Shown piece by piece: positions 35,875 to 45,687 of a stretch of 64,000 bases of DNA (its first letter is position 1; each line of letters opens with the position of its first letter). The DNA is from Pseudomonadota bacterium (lineage in GTDB: Bacteria > Pseudomonadota > Alphaproteobacteria > Rhodospirillales > Magnetospirillaceae). The stretch spans positions 2,860 to 66,859 of the forward strand of contig JAJZVW010000018.1 in assembly GCA_021847015.1 (NCBI GenBank). The letters run 5' to 3'. A program made the translations under genes and the position numbers. The notes beneath the pieces were generated by a model, which searched no databases, was not told the origin of the DNA, and worked only from the letters and a program-made list of their open reading frames with translations.

Positions 35875-37389
35875 CTAATGAACGATGTAGCCGATGGGGC
35901 CCTGGAGTTGGGCGGGTGTCGCCGGCAGCTCGCGGGAATGGATATAGGTCGCCTGGAGCCGGCCGAGCACATAGCGGTCGAAATCCGACGACGGAGCGAA
36001 GCCGTCGGTCGGAAGCGACATCTGCGGCGCGTTGACGGGCTGCACGACGTAGCTCGACACGATCACCACCAGCTCGCTCTCGTTATGCTGGAAGGAACTG
36101 GAGCGGAACAGCGTGCCGAGCACCGGCACGTCCATCAGGCCCGGCAGGCCGGCCAGCGCCTGGGTAATGTCGTTCTGGAGCAAGCCGGCGATCATGACGG
36201 CGCCGCCCGAGGGCATCTCGACCACGCTGCTGGCGCGGCGCACGGTGAGACCCGGCACGGTCACGCCTTGCCCCACGGGGATGCTGATGGTCTTGTCGAT
36301 GGCGCTCACCTCGGTCTGCAATTTCAGGCTGATCCGTCCGCTGTCGACGACGACCGGCGTGAAGTTGAGGCCGATGCCGAATTGCTTGAATTCGATCGAC
36401 AGGGAGCCGTTCACGGCCGAGACCGGGATCGGGAATTCGCCGCCGGCCAGCATGCTGGCCGTCTCGCCCGAGACCGCGGTGAGGTTCGGTTCCACCAGGG
36501 TTTTCACCAGCCCCTGCTGTTCCAGCATGGTGAACGTGCTCGCCAGCGGGCCGATGCCCGTTATGTTGAGGGCGCCATAGGGATTTATCGACGTCAGCGC
36601 CAGCGCGGACGTCGTGGTGCTCGGCATGGTGCCGATGGCACCGCCCAGGACGTTATTGCCGGTGGCGAAGCTGTTGGGACCGACGTTCAGATTGCCGCCG
36701 AGAGGCGCCGGCACGCCGTGCGGGGTCATCATGGAATCGCTGAACCCAAGCTCCTTCAACGCCGTCTTCTTCATTTCGGCGACCTTCACGTGCAGCAGGA
36801 CCTGCTGCTCGTTGGCGACGCGGAGAAGGTTGACGATGTTGGCGTCGTCCTTGACGAACCGGCGGGCGACCGCGCGGGCGGTGGCCACGGCGTTGTCGGA
36901 GCGCGCGGTGCCGGTGAGGAAGATGCTGTCGCCGATGGCCGACACCTTCACGGCGGTCTCGTCCGGCATCAGTTGCCGCAAGGTGTCCGCCAGGGCTTCG
37001 GAATCCACATGCACGTCCACTTCCGCCCGGCCGATGGTGCGGCCGGCATCGTCGCGGAAAATGATGTTGGTCTGTCCCGGCGCGCGGCCGACCACGTAGA
37101 GTTCGGTCGGCGAGCGGATCACCACGTCGGCGATGTCCGGGTTGCCGACGATGACGTCGCGGGCGGCGGCCGGAAGGTGCAGTTCCGTGGATTTGTTGAC
37201 GGCGACGCCGAGCGGTTCGCCCACCGGCACGTCCGCCGTCCGCAGATTGAGCTCTCGCGGCGGCGCGGCCGCCTTCCCGCCGGCCGTCGGAACCGTGAGG
37301 CTGGTCGGCGGGTTTTGCGCCATTGCCGTCGCGATCGACGCGAGTGCCGCAACCATTGCGATGATGAGTCGTCTTGCCGGCGTGCCCAT
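35875..37389 (-). CDS. cpaC: CpaC/RcpA outer-membrane secretin
   Basis: Signal peptide, BON-like N-domains and a C-terminal secretin domain (GGAVMIAGLLQNDITQALAGLPGLMDVPVLGTLFRS). Confidence 0.95.
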   Translation of the reverse strand: MGTPARRLIIAMVAALASIATAMAQNPPTSLTVPTAGGKAAAPPRELNLRTADVPVGEPLGVAVNKSTELHLPAAARDVIVGNPDIADVVIRSPTELYVVGRAPGQTNIIFRDDAGRTIGRAEVDVHVDSEALADTLRQLMPDETAVKVSAIGDSIFLTGTARSDNAVATARAVARRFVKDDANIVNLLRVANEQQVLLHVKVAEMKKTALKELGFSDSMMTPHGVPAPLGGNLNVGPNSFATGNNVLGGAIGTMPSTTTSALALTSINPYGALNITGIGPLASTFTMLEQQGLVKTLVEPNLTAVSGETASMLAGGEFPIPVSAVNGSLSIEFKQFGIGLNFTPVVVDSGRISLKLQTEVSAIDKTISIPVGQGVTVPGLTVRRASSVVEMPSGGAVMIAGLLQNDITQALAGLPGLMDVPVLGTLFRSSSFQHNESELVVIVSSYVVQPVNAPQMSLPTDGFAPSSDFDRYVLGRLQATYIHSRELPATPAQLQGPIGYIVH

Positions 37390-37390
37390 G

Positions 37391-38275
37391 TCAGAAGCTC
37401 TTGCTCGATATTGCGCCGGCACGGTTGATCTGGACGGACGCCCCGCCCCTCGCGCCCGAGGACGAATTGAGTCCCTTGCCGCGGATCGACTTCAGCGCCC
37501 GGCTCGCCTCGGTATCGGCGGTGAACGGTTCCTTGGCGGCGACGTCCGAAGCGCCGCCTTCGGGGTGCGCGGCACTGCGCAGCACCAGCGACAACTGGCC
37601 GAGCATGTTGGCGGTGGCCAGGATTTCGGCCTGCTTGGGGGTGACCTCGACGGTGGCGGTCTTGCCCTGGATGGCCGCGCCGTCCCGGCTGCGGGCCACC
37701 TGCTGGTCGATGGCCAGCACGCGCACGTCCTCCAAAACCGTCTCCGCCGCGTAGCGCACGATCGGCCCGGCCGAACCCGCCGAGCCGGCGTTGTCCGCCT
37801 TGTTCACATCCTCCGCCAACAGGACGTCCACATGGTCGCCGGGCGCCACCAAGCCGGAAACGCCGCTCACGGGGTTGACCGCGATGCTGACCGCCCGCAT
37901 GCCCGGAGCGAGCATTGCCGACACCACGCCGCCGGAATCCTGCTTGAACACCCCGTCCTGAGTCATGGGCTCACCGTCGGCGAAGGCGAAGCGCGCCACG
38001 GTGCCGATGAAGTTGGTCTTGGGATCGCTGGCGGGCGTCTTGACGGCGAGGCGCGGGGACAGCACGGCCTGCGGCCACCTGTCGTAGCGAAGGTCGCCGT
38101 CCTTCAGAACCGTGCCGGGCGCGATCTCATGGGCCGCCACCAGCACGTCGATCGTCGCTACCGGTTCGCCCTGCTTCGCGGTGGAAGCGGTGTCCACCCA
38201 GCGTTTGGCGAGAAACGCGGCAAGACCGGCGGCGAGTGCCGCGACCACCACCAGGATGACCGCAATAGGCCGCAT
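37391..38275 (-). CDS. cpaB: CpaB/RcpC Flp pilus assembly protein
   Basis: N-terminal TM anchor, then SAF-like and RcpC-type regions, in the conserved position upstream of cpaC. Confidence 0.9.
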   Translation of the reverse strand: MRPIAVILVVVAALAAGLAAFLAKRWVDTASTAKQGEPVATIDVLVAAHEIAPGTVLKDGDLRYDRWPQAVLSPRLAVKTPASDPKTNFIGTVARFAFADGEPMTQDGVFKQDSGGVVSAMLAPGMRAVSIAVNPVSGVSGLVAPGDHVDVLLAEDVNKADNAGSAGSAGPIVRYAAETVLEDVRVLAIDQQVARSRDGAAIQGKTATVEVTPKQAEILATANMLGQLSLVLRSAAHPEGGASDVAAKEPFTADTEASRALKSIRGKGLNSSSGARGGASVQINRAGAISSKSF

Positions 38276-38328
38276 GGAACTGTTCCCCCCTGGCCCCGAT
38301 TAGAGCGACAAACCAATAAAGCGATCCG

Positions 38329-38880
38329 TCACAACCCAACGCCGCGCAAACCCGCTTTCAGCCACCAGTCCAGGCCGCCGGCCGCGATCGCCACCCCATA
38401 GGGCACATGTCCGCTGGCGGTGACACGCCGCTGCCACAGGGTAAGCCATCCCTCGTTAGCGGCCGGTAAACGGCGCAGAAGAAGAACCGATACGGCCAGC
38501 AGCCCGCCCGCCACGGACATCACCGCCAGCAGCCTCGGCAACCCGGCGAACCCGGTCCACAAGGACGCGGCGGCCAAGAGCTTGACGTCGCCCCCGCCCC
38601 AGATTCCGAGGGCGAACAGGGCTGCGCCCGCGATGAACACCAGAACGCATGCGGCACCGTGGCGGAGCGCCACATCCATTCCCACCCCCGACGCAAGGGC
38701 GAAGACCACGAAAGCCGCCAGCAGCGTCACGGACGCGCGATTGGGGATGCGGAACGAGCGAACGTCCGAGACCGCGGCATCCGACAGAGCCAACAGAAAG
38801 ACCGCGCTCGACGCGAAACCCACCATCCGCCGCCCCATCAAAATGAAGGCGCCCCCAGATATCGCCCGGGGACGCCCCAC
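38329..38880 (-). CDS. cpaA: Prepilin peptidase CpaA/TadV (A24 family)
   Basis: Polytopic membrane protein with VSDVRSFRIPN and GGGDVKLLAA (the two catalytic Asp motifs). The exact start is uncertain. Confidence 0.9.
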   Translation of the reverse strand: MGRPRAISGGAFILMGRRMVGFASSAVFLLALSDAAVSDVRSFRIPNRASVTLLAAFVVFALASGVGMDVALRHGAACVLVFIAGAALFALGIWGGGDVKLLAAASLWTGFAGLPRLLAVMSVAGGLLAVSVLLLRRLPAANEGWLTLWQRRVTASGHVPYGVAIAAGGLDWWLKAGLRGVGL

Positions 38881-38906
38881 CGTGCTCTATCCGGCGTCGG
38901 CCGAAT

Positions 38907-39071
38907 TCACAGAGCGCCGCTGATCGAGGTAAACGTGGCCGTAAGGTTGGTGCCCACCAACTTGATGGCGGCGATGATTACAACGGCGATCAGGGCGGCG
39001 ATAAGACCGTATTCGATGGCGGTGGCCCCCTTCTCGTCGCGACGGATCATGCTGAGAATGGACGTCAACAT
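38907..39071 (-). CDS. flp: Flp/Fap-family pilin (copy 2, first gene of the cpa operon)
   Basis: 54 aa: MLTSILSMIRRDEKGATAIEYGLIAALIAVVIIAAIKLVGTNLTATFTSISGAL. GGAG lies upstream of the ATG at 39071. The track ORF start 39227 is an upstream extension. Confidence 0.9.
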   Translation of the reverse strand: MLTSILSMIRRDEKGATAIEYGLIAALIAVVIIAAIKLVGTNLTATFTSISGAL

Positions 39072-39365
39072 GGTCTTGAACTCCTGTCCATGCCCCCTCC
39101 CGACGGGGGGTGTTGTGCCAAACACAGGGAAACAGGAGCGGCGAATGGGCCAAGCGCCTTCTCGCACCGATTCCCAATGATGCGACTCATACCACCAATG
39201 CCACGGGGTATGCAAGACAAACATCAATGCCGAAAAACCTCAGCACTGCCACCCGGAATATTTCGAGGGATTGATATGCCCTTCCTCGCTGTGGAATTTG
39301 CCAAGAAAAAAATAAAATTCGATGGGGTTTGAAGCAGCGATGATCTTCATGACCGCTACAGGCAA

Positions 39366-40055
39366 TCAGGGCGAGGCTTCCTTGGCCATTAATTGCAGCC
39401 GCGGCCAATCGCAGATGACCAGGCCCATGGTCTTGCGGCGCACCACCCCGTCGCGGGCAAGCTCGCCGATGGCCTGCGCCACCACCTCGCGCGAGGTTCC
39501 CGCCCACGAGGCGATTTCCTTGTGATTGGGAAGATCGGGTATGTGCCATGCGTCGGGACGCGCGGCATCGGGCTGGGCCAGCCGCACCAGTTCGCCGTAT
39601 ATGCGCTGGGCTTCGTTCTGGGTCGAAAGCTGGGTGACCCGCTGATCCAGATTGCGGATGATGCGGGCAAGCCGCTCCAGCACCCGCAAGGCGATCTCGG
39701 GGTAGCGGCGCATCGTGTCGAGGAAGGCCGGCCGGTCGAGCGAGGCGAGGACGGTATCGTGGGTGGCGACCACCCGCGCCGACCGCTTGCGTCCGTCGAT
39801 GGCGGCAAGCTCGCCGAAATAGTTTCCGGCGAGCACATCCGCCAGGGCGACCTCGCGGTCTTCGGCCTGGGTAAGGATTCGCACCGCCCCCTCGACCACG
39901 AAATAGACTTCGAGGGTATCGCTTTCGCTGTCAAAGACCTGATCGCCCGAATGGAAGCTGCACCACCGACATCCGCGTTCGATATCGCGGACGGCTTCTT
40001 CCGGCAGGCCGGCGAACAGTTCGAAGCGGGCCAGTCCCCCTTCGACGACGTCCAT
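39366..40055 (-). CDS. Crp/Fnr-family transcriptional regulator
   Basis: cNMP-binding-type beta-barrel (FHSGDQVFDSESDTLEVYFVVEGAVRI...YFGELAAIDG) and a C-terminal HTH (HKEIASWAGTSREVVAQAIGELARDG). Confidence 0.9.
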   Translation of the reverse strand: MDVVEGGLARFELFAGLPEEAVRDIERGCRWCSFHSGDQVFDSESDTLEVYFVVEGAVRILTQAEDREVALADVLAGNYFGELAAIDGRKRSARVVATHDTVLASLDRPAFLDTMRRYPEIALRVLERLARIIRNLDQRVTQLSTQNEAQRIYGELVRLAQPDAARPDAWHIPDLPNHKEIASWAGTSREVVAQAIGELARDGVVRRKTMGLVICDWPRLQLMAKEASP

Positions 40056-40186
40056 GTTGTCAAGACCTCGTACAAGCCCACCCGCGTGCGATTATCCGCA
40101 AGGTGGCGGCACTTTGCAATACAGGGTTGCTCGATCGCGGCTCCGAACTCAGATAACCAAATCCTTAAGGTACCCCTGGAGGATGG

Positions 40187-40281
40187 TGTCATCCCGAGCG
40201 GAGCGAGGGAACTTTCAGGCACAGCCGGCGGCCGCCGGTGGCTGAAAGATTCCTCGTCGCTGTCGCTCCATCGGAATGACA
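40187..40281. repeat. Palindromic REP/MITE-like element, copy D
   Basis: TGTCATCCCGAGCGGAGCGAGGGAACTTTCAGGCAC...GCTGAAAGATTCCTCG...TCGGAATGACA. Confidence 0.85.
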
Positions 40282-40347
40282 GGGGGTAACAATAAGATTA
40301 ACCGGTTCGAAACCTGAATTCGTCGCCCTGTTCTCGATCGGCCATCT

Positions 40348-40914
40348 TCAGTGAAAGCCGCCGTTGGGTCCGCTCTTCAGCATTTCGGTGTTGTCGCCGA
40401 ACAATTGCCGGGTCATTTGCGCCAGAAGGAAACGCAAACGCGGATCCCGCGGACCATCGGCCGGGGTTTGTCCCTGTACCGAGGACATCTCCACACCGCG
40501 GTCGCAGAAGGCCGCCAGCACCTGGACCCACCCCGCCTGGGAACCGGCCGCCATGGGCCGCTTGCCTTGGCAAAGCTCGGCACCCGAGGCCGTGATGCCG
40601 GGATCGAAGGCCACCACCACCCGGATATTGGGTTCGGGCGCGCGGGCACGGTCGGCGGTGAGCGGGAACGGGTAGGTCGGCACCTGATCGGTCATCGCGG
40701 CGGCGGTAATGCCGGCCAGCGCGCCTTCTCCGATGCCGAACGGGTCGCCGATCACCTCCACCAGCATTGGCCCCCGGCTGGCGGCATAGGTCATCACGCT
40801 CCATGTGGCCGCCCGGCGGTACGGGACGCCCACCGATGTCGGCCCGGCGCAGCCGGACAGGATAGACCCGGCCAGCACGGCCAACCCCAGCGAGATGGCG
40901 AAACCGATGCGCAT
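40348..40914 (-). CDS. Lipoprotein of unknown function
   Basis: MRIGFAISLGLAVLAGSILSGCAG lipobox. 188 aa from the ATG at 40914. The longer track ORF (start 41112) overlaps the pyk 3' end. Confidence 0.7.
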   Translation of the reverse strand: MRIGFAISLGLAVLAGSILSGCAGPTSVGVPYRRAATWSVMTYAASRGPMLVEVIGDPFGIGEGALAGITAAAMTDQVPTYPFPLTADRARAPEPNIRVVVAFDPGITASGAELCQGKRPMAAGSQAGWVQVLAAFCDRGVEMSSVQGQTPADGPRDPRLRFLLAQMTRQLFGDNTEMLKSGPNGGFH

Positions 40915-41002
40915 GGCGTTCACCTTTCCGCAGGTGGGCAATGTTCCACCCACGTCAAGCGGACGGATAGGCGCCCGGCGGGTATCGCCCCGCCGACGCC
41001 GC

Positions 41003-42451
41003 CTAGCCGTGGTTGTCCCCATCCTCTTCGATTTCGGCCACCCGCAGGATGTTGGTGGTCCCCGAACAGCCGAACGGCACGCCGGCGGTGATGACGATCC
41101 GGTCGCCGACATTGGCGAACCCTTCGCGCTGGGCCATCAGCGCGGCCTTGCTGACCATCTCGGGGAAGCTGCGGACGTCCTTGGTCTGGACCGAATGGGC
41201 CCCCCATACCAGGGCGAGCTGGCGGGCCACCTCGATGTCCGAGGTCAGGCTGATGATCGGCTGCTCGGGCCGCTCGCGAGCCGCCCGCAGGGTGGTCGAG
41301 CCCGACGAGGTATAGGTGACGATGGCAGCCGCCCCCAAGGTGTGCGCCACCTGGCGGGCCGCCGCCGAAATGGCGTCCTGCGAGGTGTTTTCCGGCTGCG
41401 ACCGCGAGGCGTCGGCGATGACGCGGTACTGCTCGTCCTGCTCCACGCGGGTGACGATGCGGTCCATCATGGTGACCGCGTCGATGGGATAATCGCCGGT
41501 GGCGGTTTCGGCGGACAGCATCACCGCGTCGGCGCCGTCGTAGACCGCGGTGGCGACGTCCGAGGCTTCGGCGCGGGTCGGCGACGGGGCGTGCACCATG
41601 GAATCCAGCATCTGGGTGGCGACCACCACCGGTTTGCCCGCCGCGCGGCAGGCCCGCACGATGCGCTTTTGCAGGATCGGCACCGTCTCCGGCGGACATT
41701 CGACGCCGAGATCGCCGCGCGCCACCATGACGGCGTCGGACAACTCGATGATGTCCTGGAGATGCTCGATGGCCGAAGGCTTCTCCAGCTTCGACAGCAG
41801 GCGCACACGGCTGCCGACCTTGGAGGTTATGCGCTTGCGGGCTTCGAGAACGTCCGAGGCGCGCTGCACGAAGCTGAGCGCGATCCAGTCCGCGCCCATG
41901 TCGACCGCGAACTCCAGATCGCCGAGGTCCTTCTCGGTCAGCGGCGAGATGGGCAGCACCACGTTGGGCACGTTGACGCCCTTGTGGTTGGACAGCTCGC
42001 CGCCGGTCCGCACGCGGGTGTCGGCGTAATCGGGCCCGCAGCGCTCGACCGCCAGGCGGATGCGGCCGTCGTCGAGCAGCAATTCGGTGCCTATTTCGAG
42101 CGCCGCGAACACTTCGGGATGCAGCAAAGGCGCCCGCCGGAGAGAGCCCGGCTCGGGCGAGAGATCGAGCCGGAAGGACGCCCCGGTTTCCAGCCGAACC
42201 TTGCCGCCGTCGAAATTGCCGACCCGCAGCTTCGGCCCCTGAAGGTCCGCCAGCACGCCGATGGGGCGATGCACCTTCTTTTCCAGCTCGCGGATGGCGT
42301 CGTAGCGCGCCTTGTGCTCGGCGTGGGAGCCGTGGCTGAAGTTGAGGCGGAACACGTCGGCGCCCGCAACGAAAAGGGCCTCGATCGCCTGCGGGGTCGA
42401 CGTGGCCGGCCCGAGCGTGGCGATGATCTTGGCTTTTCTTGTTCTTCTCAT
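41003..42451 (-). CDS. pyk: Pyruvate kinase
   Basis: MRRTRKAKIIATLGPAT...ADVFRLNFSHG...VLADLQGPKLRVG...MVARGDLGVE...ATQMLDSM. Start ATG at 42451. Confidence 0.95.
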   Translation of the reverse strand: MRRTRKAKIIATLGPATSTPQAIEALFVAGADVFRLNFSHGSHAEHKARYDAIRELEKKVHRPIGVLADLQGPKLRVGNFDGGKVRLETGASFRLDLSPEPGSLRRAPLLHPEVFAALEIGTELLLDDGRIRLAVERCGPDYADTRVRTGGELSNHKGVNVPNVVLPISPLTEKDLGDLEFAVDMGADWIALSFVQRASDVLEARKRITSKVGSRVRLLSKLEKPSAIEHLQDIIELSDAVMVARGDLGVECPPETVPILQKRIVRACRAAGKPVVVATQMLDSMVHAPSPTRAEASDVATAVYDGADAVMLSAETATGDYPIDAVTMMDRIVTRVEQDEQYRVIADASRSQPENTSQDAISAAARQVAHTLGAAAIVTYTSSGSTTLRAARERPEQPIISLTSDIEVARQLALVWGAHSVQTKDVRSFPEMVSKAALMAQREGFANVGDRIVITAGVPFGCSGTTNILRVAEIEEDGDNHG

Positions 42452-42687
42452 CGCGTTTCCTTCCATCGCAGATGGCGCACCATAGCAGAGTGGGGCCGTC
42501 GCCACACCGCTCCGGGATGATGGGAACTTCACCTAGCCCAATGGATGGGCCGGAACCTCCCGATGGTGTCGGCACCATGCACCCGAACAGGTATGGATGG
42601 CCGAATCGACGCCCGTTCTCCACAAATCCTTGCCCCTTTCGGCGAGTCGCTATATTCTGCCGGATATAAGCACGGGCGGGAGGGACC

Positions 42688-43656
42688 GTGCTGGACGAAC
42701 CGACATCAAGGGGGTCACCGATGGTCTTGCCTGTCAAAACGAACGATCTCTTCCCATGGGCCGCGCCACGGCCCCGCGTCGCGCGCCTGCCCGGCGCGGC
42801 GGCGCTGTTCGCCGCAATCCTGTTCGGGGCGTCGCCGCCGGCCGAGGCGGCCGACGACGGCACCGACGGCGATTATCTCAGCCAATGGTTCGACCGGGTG
42901 GACAAGACCCAGGCCGAACAGCCGCACTGGATGACGCCGATGGTCACCGTCACGCCCCGCCTTGAGGAAGAGGTGCGTTATGACCAGAACTGGCAGCGGC
43001 TGCCGCACAACGGCGCCACGCTCACCAATTTCGACGGCGGCAAGGGCCTTGAGCTGATTCCGGCCGAGAGGGTCGAGGTGCTGATCAACGCGCCGCCCTA
43101 CCAGGATCGGAGCTGGAACGGAAAGACCAGCCCGCAGGTCAACGGCTTCGGCGATTGGCCATTCCTTACCGTCAAGTACCGCATCGCGGCGGAAAACGAG
43201 CAGAACGGCAATTACATCGTCACCGCCTTCCTGGGGGCCAGCGCGCCCACCGGCAACGATGCCTTCACCAACCACCAGTACGTCGTCACCCCGACCATCG
43301 CCGCCGGCAAGGGATGGGGGAATTTCGACGTCCAATCGACGCTGTCCTACAACGTCCTGACCGGCCGCGGCGCCTCCGTGGCCCCGGTGGCGCCGGCCGT
43401 CGCCTCGAACACCGCCTTCCAGTACCATCTCGGCCAATACTTCTGGCCGGAGTTCGAGGTCAACTACAGCTACTGGTACGAGGGCGAGCGAGTCGGCCTC
43501 CACCAGGTACTTTTGACCCCCGGCGTGATCGTCGGCCGCTTCCCCATCTACGGCCGCCTGAAGCTGGTCGCCGGGCTCGGCTACCAGATCGCGGTGACGC
43601 CCACGATGCCCACCTACCGCAACAACCTGATCGCCACGGTGCGGGTGCCGTTCTGA
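42688..43656 (+). CDS. Outer-membrane beta-barrel protein (transporter/MetA-pathway-like family, tentative)
   Basis: Signal peptide ending PPAEAADD, alternating amphipathic strands and a C-terminal TVRVPF. The start is uncertain (42688 or MVLPV at 42721). Confidence 0.65.
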   Translation: MLDEPTSRGSPMVLPVKTNDLFPWAAPRPRVARLPGAAALFAAILFGASPPAEAADDGTDGDYLSQWFDRVDKTQAEQPHWMTPMVTVTPRLEEEVRYDQNWQRLPHNGATLTNFDGGKGLELIPAERVEVLINAPPYQDRSWNGKTSPQVNGFGDWPFLTVKYRIAAENEQNGNYIVTAFLGASAPTGNDAFTNHQYVVTPTIAAGKGWGNFDVQSTLSYNVLTGRGASVAPVAPAVASNTAFQYHLGQYFWPEFEVNYSYWYEGERVGLHQVLLTPGVIVGRFPIYGRLKLVAGLGYQIAVTPTMPTYRNNLIATVRVPF

Positions 43657-43721
43657 TTTCGCTTGATCTGAGGCGGTGCAGTGGTGCGATAACTCACCGC
43701 CCAATTCTTCGGAAGCCGACC

Positions 43722-44696
43722 ATGCTCGCCGCCGACGTCATCCGCGCCGCCATCCCCGGCGTTCTTACCGAGGCCCACTTCCCCGGACTGCCCAATTACT
43801 ACCGCGGCAAGGTGCGGGACAATTACGACCTCGCCGACGGACGGCGCATCCTGATCTCCACCGACCGCCAGAGCGCCTTCGATCAGGTCCTGGCCGCCGT
43901 GCCCTTCAAGGGCCAGGTGCTGACCCAGACGGCCCGCTACTGGTTCGAGGCCACCGCCGACATCTGCCCCAACCACGTTCTGGCCTATCCCGACCCCAAC
44001 GTGGTGGTCGGCCGCCGGCTGGACATGCTGCCGGTGGAGATGGTGGTCCGCGATTACCTGACCGGTTCGACCGAAACCTCCATCTGGCCCATGTACCGGG
44101 ACGGGCGGCGGAGCATGTACGGGATCACGCTGCCCGACGGCCTCGCCAAGAACGACCGCCTGCCCGAAACCATCCTCACCCCCACCACCAAAGCCGCCGT
44201 GGGCGGGCACGACGCGCCCATCGCCCCGGCCGAGATCGTCGCCCAGGGTCTGCTGACCCAGGCGCAATGGGACGAGCTGGCCCGCCTGTCGCTGGCGCTG
44301 TTCGCCCGCGGGCGGGAGTTGGCGGCCAGGAACGGCCTGATGCTGGTCGATACCAAATTCGAGTTCGGACTCGACCCCGAGGGCCGCATCACGCTGGCCG
44401 ACGAGATCCTCACCCCCGACAGCAGCCGCTACTGGAAGGCGGCCACCTACGCCGAGCGCCACGCCCACGGCCAGGAGCCCGAAAGCCTGGACAAGGAGTT
44501 CCTGCGCCTGTGGATCGCCAGCCGCTGCGATCCCTACAGGGAGCCCGTGCCGCCCATCCCCGACGACACGCTGGTCGCGTTCAGCCAGAAATACATCGCG
44601 CTCTACGAAACCGTGACAGGCCAGCCTTTCCAGGCGCCACCCGCGGGCGAGGCGGTGAAAGACCGGATACGGCGGAACCTGGCGCCCTATTTCTGA
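43722..44696 (+). CDS. Phosphoribosylaminoimidazole-succinocarboxamide (SAICAR) synthase, long-form paralog
   Basis: 324 aa: [23 protein letters not shown]...[12 protein letters not shown]...LTPTTKA...LVDTKFEFG...[10 protein letters not shown]. These are SAICAR synthetase family blocks. Confidence 0.85.
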   Translation: MLAADVIRAAIPGVLTEAHFPGLPNYYRGKVRDNYDLADGRRILISTDRQSAFDQVLAAVPFKGQVLTQTARYWFEATADICPNHVLAYPDPNVVVGRRLDMLPVEMVVRDYLTGSTETSIWPMYRDGRRSMYGITLPDGLAKNDRLPETILTPTTKAAVGGHDAPIAPAEIVAQGLLTQAQWDELARLSLALFARGRELAARNGLMLVDTKFEFGLDPEGRITLADEILTPDSSRYWKAATYAERHAHGQEPESLDKEFLRLWIASRCDPYREPVPPIPDDTLVAFSQKYIALYETVTGQPFQAPPAGEAVKDRIRRNLAPYF

Positions 44697-44856
44697 TTGC
44701 CGCCCACCGGCGTTACCGACCCGCGGTGGGTGAACCGTGGGCGGCGCTGGCGCGTTGAGCGCCCGCGAAGCGCCGGCGGAGCGTGAGCCAAGCCCGCCGG
44801 AGGCGGGCGCCCGGCGCTTGAGGGGCTTTTCCTTGTCAAGGCGGCCCGCCGGGCCG

Positions 44857-45687
44857 TCACGCCACCCGCACGCTTTGCCGCCCCAGCCCCTCGACCGCGA
44901 CTTCCACGAGCGCGCCACGGCTCAGAAACTGGCCGCGCCCGAGGCCGACGCCGGCCGGCGTGCCGGTAAGGATGACGTCGCCCGGCCCGAGGGCCATGAA
45001 GCGCGACAGGTAGCCGACCAGGAAGGCGACGCCGAACACCATGTCCGCGGTGGTGCCGTCCTGCGTCCGCCGGCCATCGACCTCGCACCACAGCCTGAGC
45101 GCCTGGGGATCGGCGACCTCGTTGGCGGTGACCAGCCACGGGCCCAGCGGACAGAAACCGGGAGCCGACTTGCCCTTCACCCATTGACCGCCGCGCTCCA
45201 TCTGCCAGTCCCGCGCCGACACGTCGTTGGCGGTCATGTAGCCGGCGACATGGGCCAGGGCGTCGGCCTCCGCGACCTGCCAGGCGGGACGGCCGATCAC
45301 CACGGCCAGTTCGACCTCCCAGTCGAGCTTCGCCGTCCCGTCCGGGAACGGCAGCGGATCGGCGGGGCCGGCGAGCGCCCCGGTATGCTTGGAAAACACG
45401 ACGGGTTCGGACGGCAGCGCCAAGCCGGTCTCGGCGGCATGATCGCGGTAATTGAGGCCGATGCCGATCAGGTTGGCGATGTTGGCCACCGGCACGCCGA
45501 GACGGCAGCCGGACGGAGCCATGGGAAGGGCCGCGGGATCGAGACGGGCCAGCCGCGCCAGCCGCTGGGGCGAAAGCATCTCGGGCGTGAGATCGCCGCA
45601 ATGGGACGACAGGTCGCGGACGTGTCCCGCCCCGTCGAGCATGCCGGGCCGCTCGGCGCCCTTCTCGCCCCAGCGCACCAGCTTCAT
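44857..45687 (-). CDS. Fumarylacetoacetate hydrolase (FAH) family protein
   Basis: GIGLNYRDHAAE...EVELAVVIG...ANDVSARDWQ...KGKS..GFCPLGPW...GDVILTGTPAGVG. ATGA overlap with the upstream signalling gene. Confidence 0.9.
   Translation of the reverse strand: MKLVRWGEKGAERPGMLDGAGHVRDLSSHCGDLTPEMLSPQRLARLARLDPAALPMAPSGCRLGVPVANIANLIGIGLNYRDHAAETGLALPSEPVVFSKHTGALAGPADPLPFPDGTAKLDWEVELAVVIGRPAWQVAEADALAHVAGYMTANDVSARDWQMERGGQWVKGKSAPGFCPLGPWLVTANEVADPQALRLWCEVDGRRTQDGTTADMVFGVAFLVGYLSRFMALGPGDVILTGTPAGVGLGRGQFLSRGALVEVAVEGLGRQSVRVA

Noticed and set aside
35812-37428. 538-aa plus-strand ORF
   Set aside because: Antisense to the cpaC secretin gene, which has clear secretin motifs and operon context.
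39072-39365. CRP/FNR-type operator (TGTGA-N6-TCACA or TTGAT-N4-ATCAA) between the Crp/Fnr-family gene and flp
   Set aside because: Only half-site-like fragments (TTGATATGC, TTGATGTTTG) are present, with no convincing dyad. The region is AT-rich and probably a promoter, but no specific site can be supported.
40805-42863. 571-aa plus-strand and 647-aa minus-strand ORFs around pyruvate kinase
   Set aside because: Alternate frames of pyk. The pyk frame has the canonical kinase motifs, while the others are Arg/Gly/Pro-rich.
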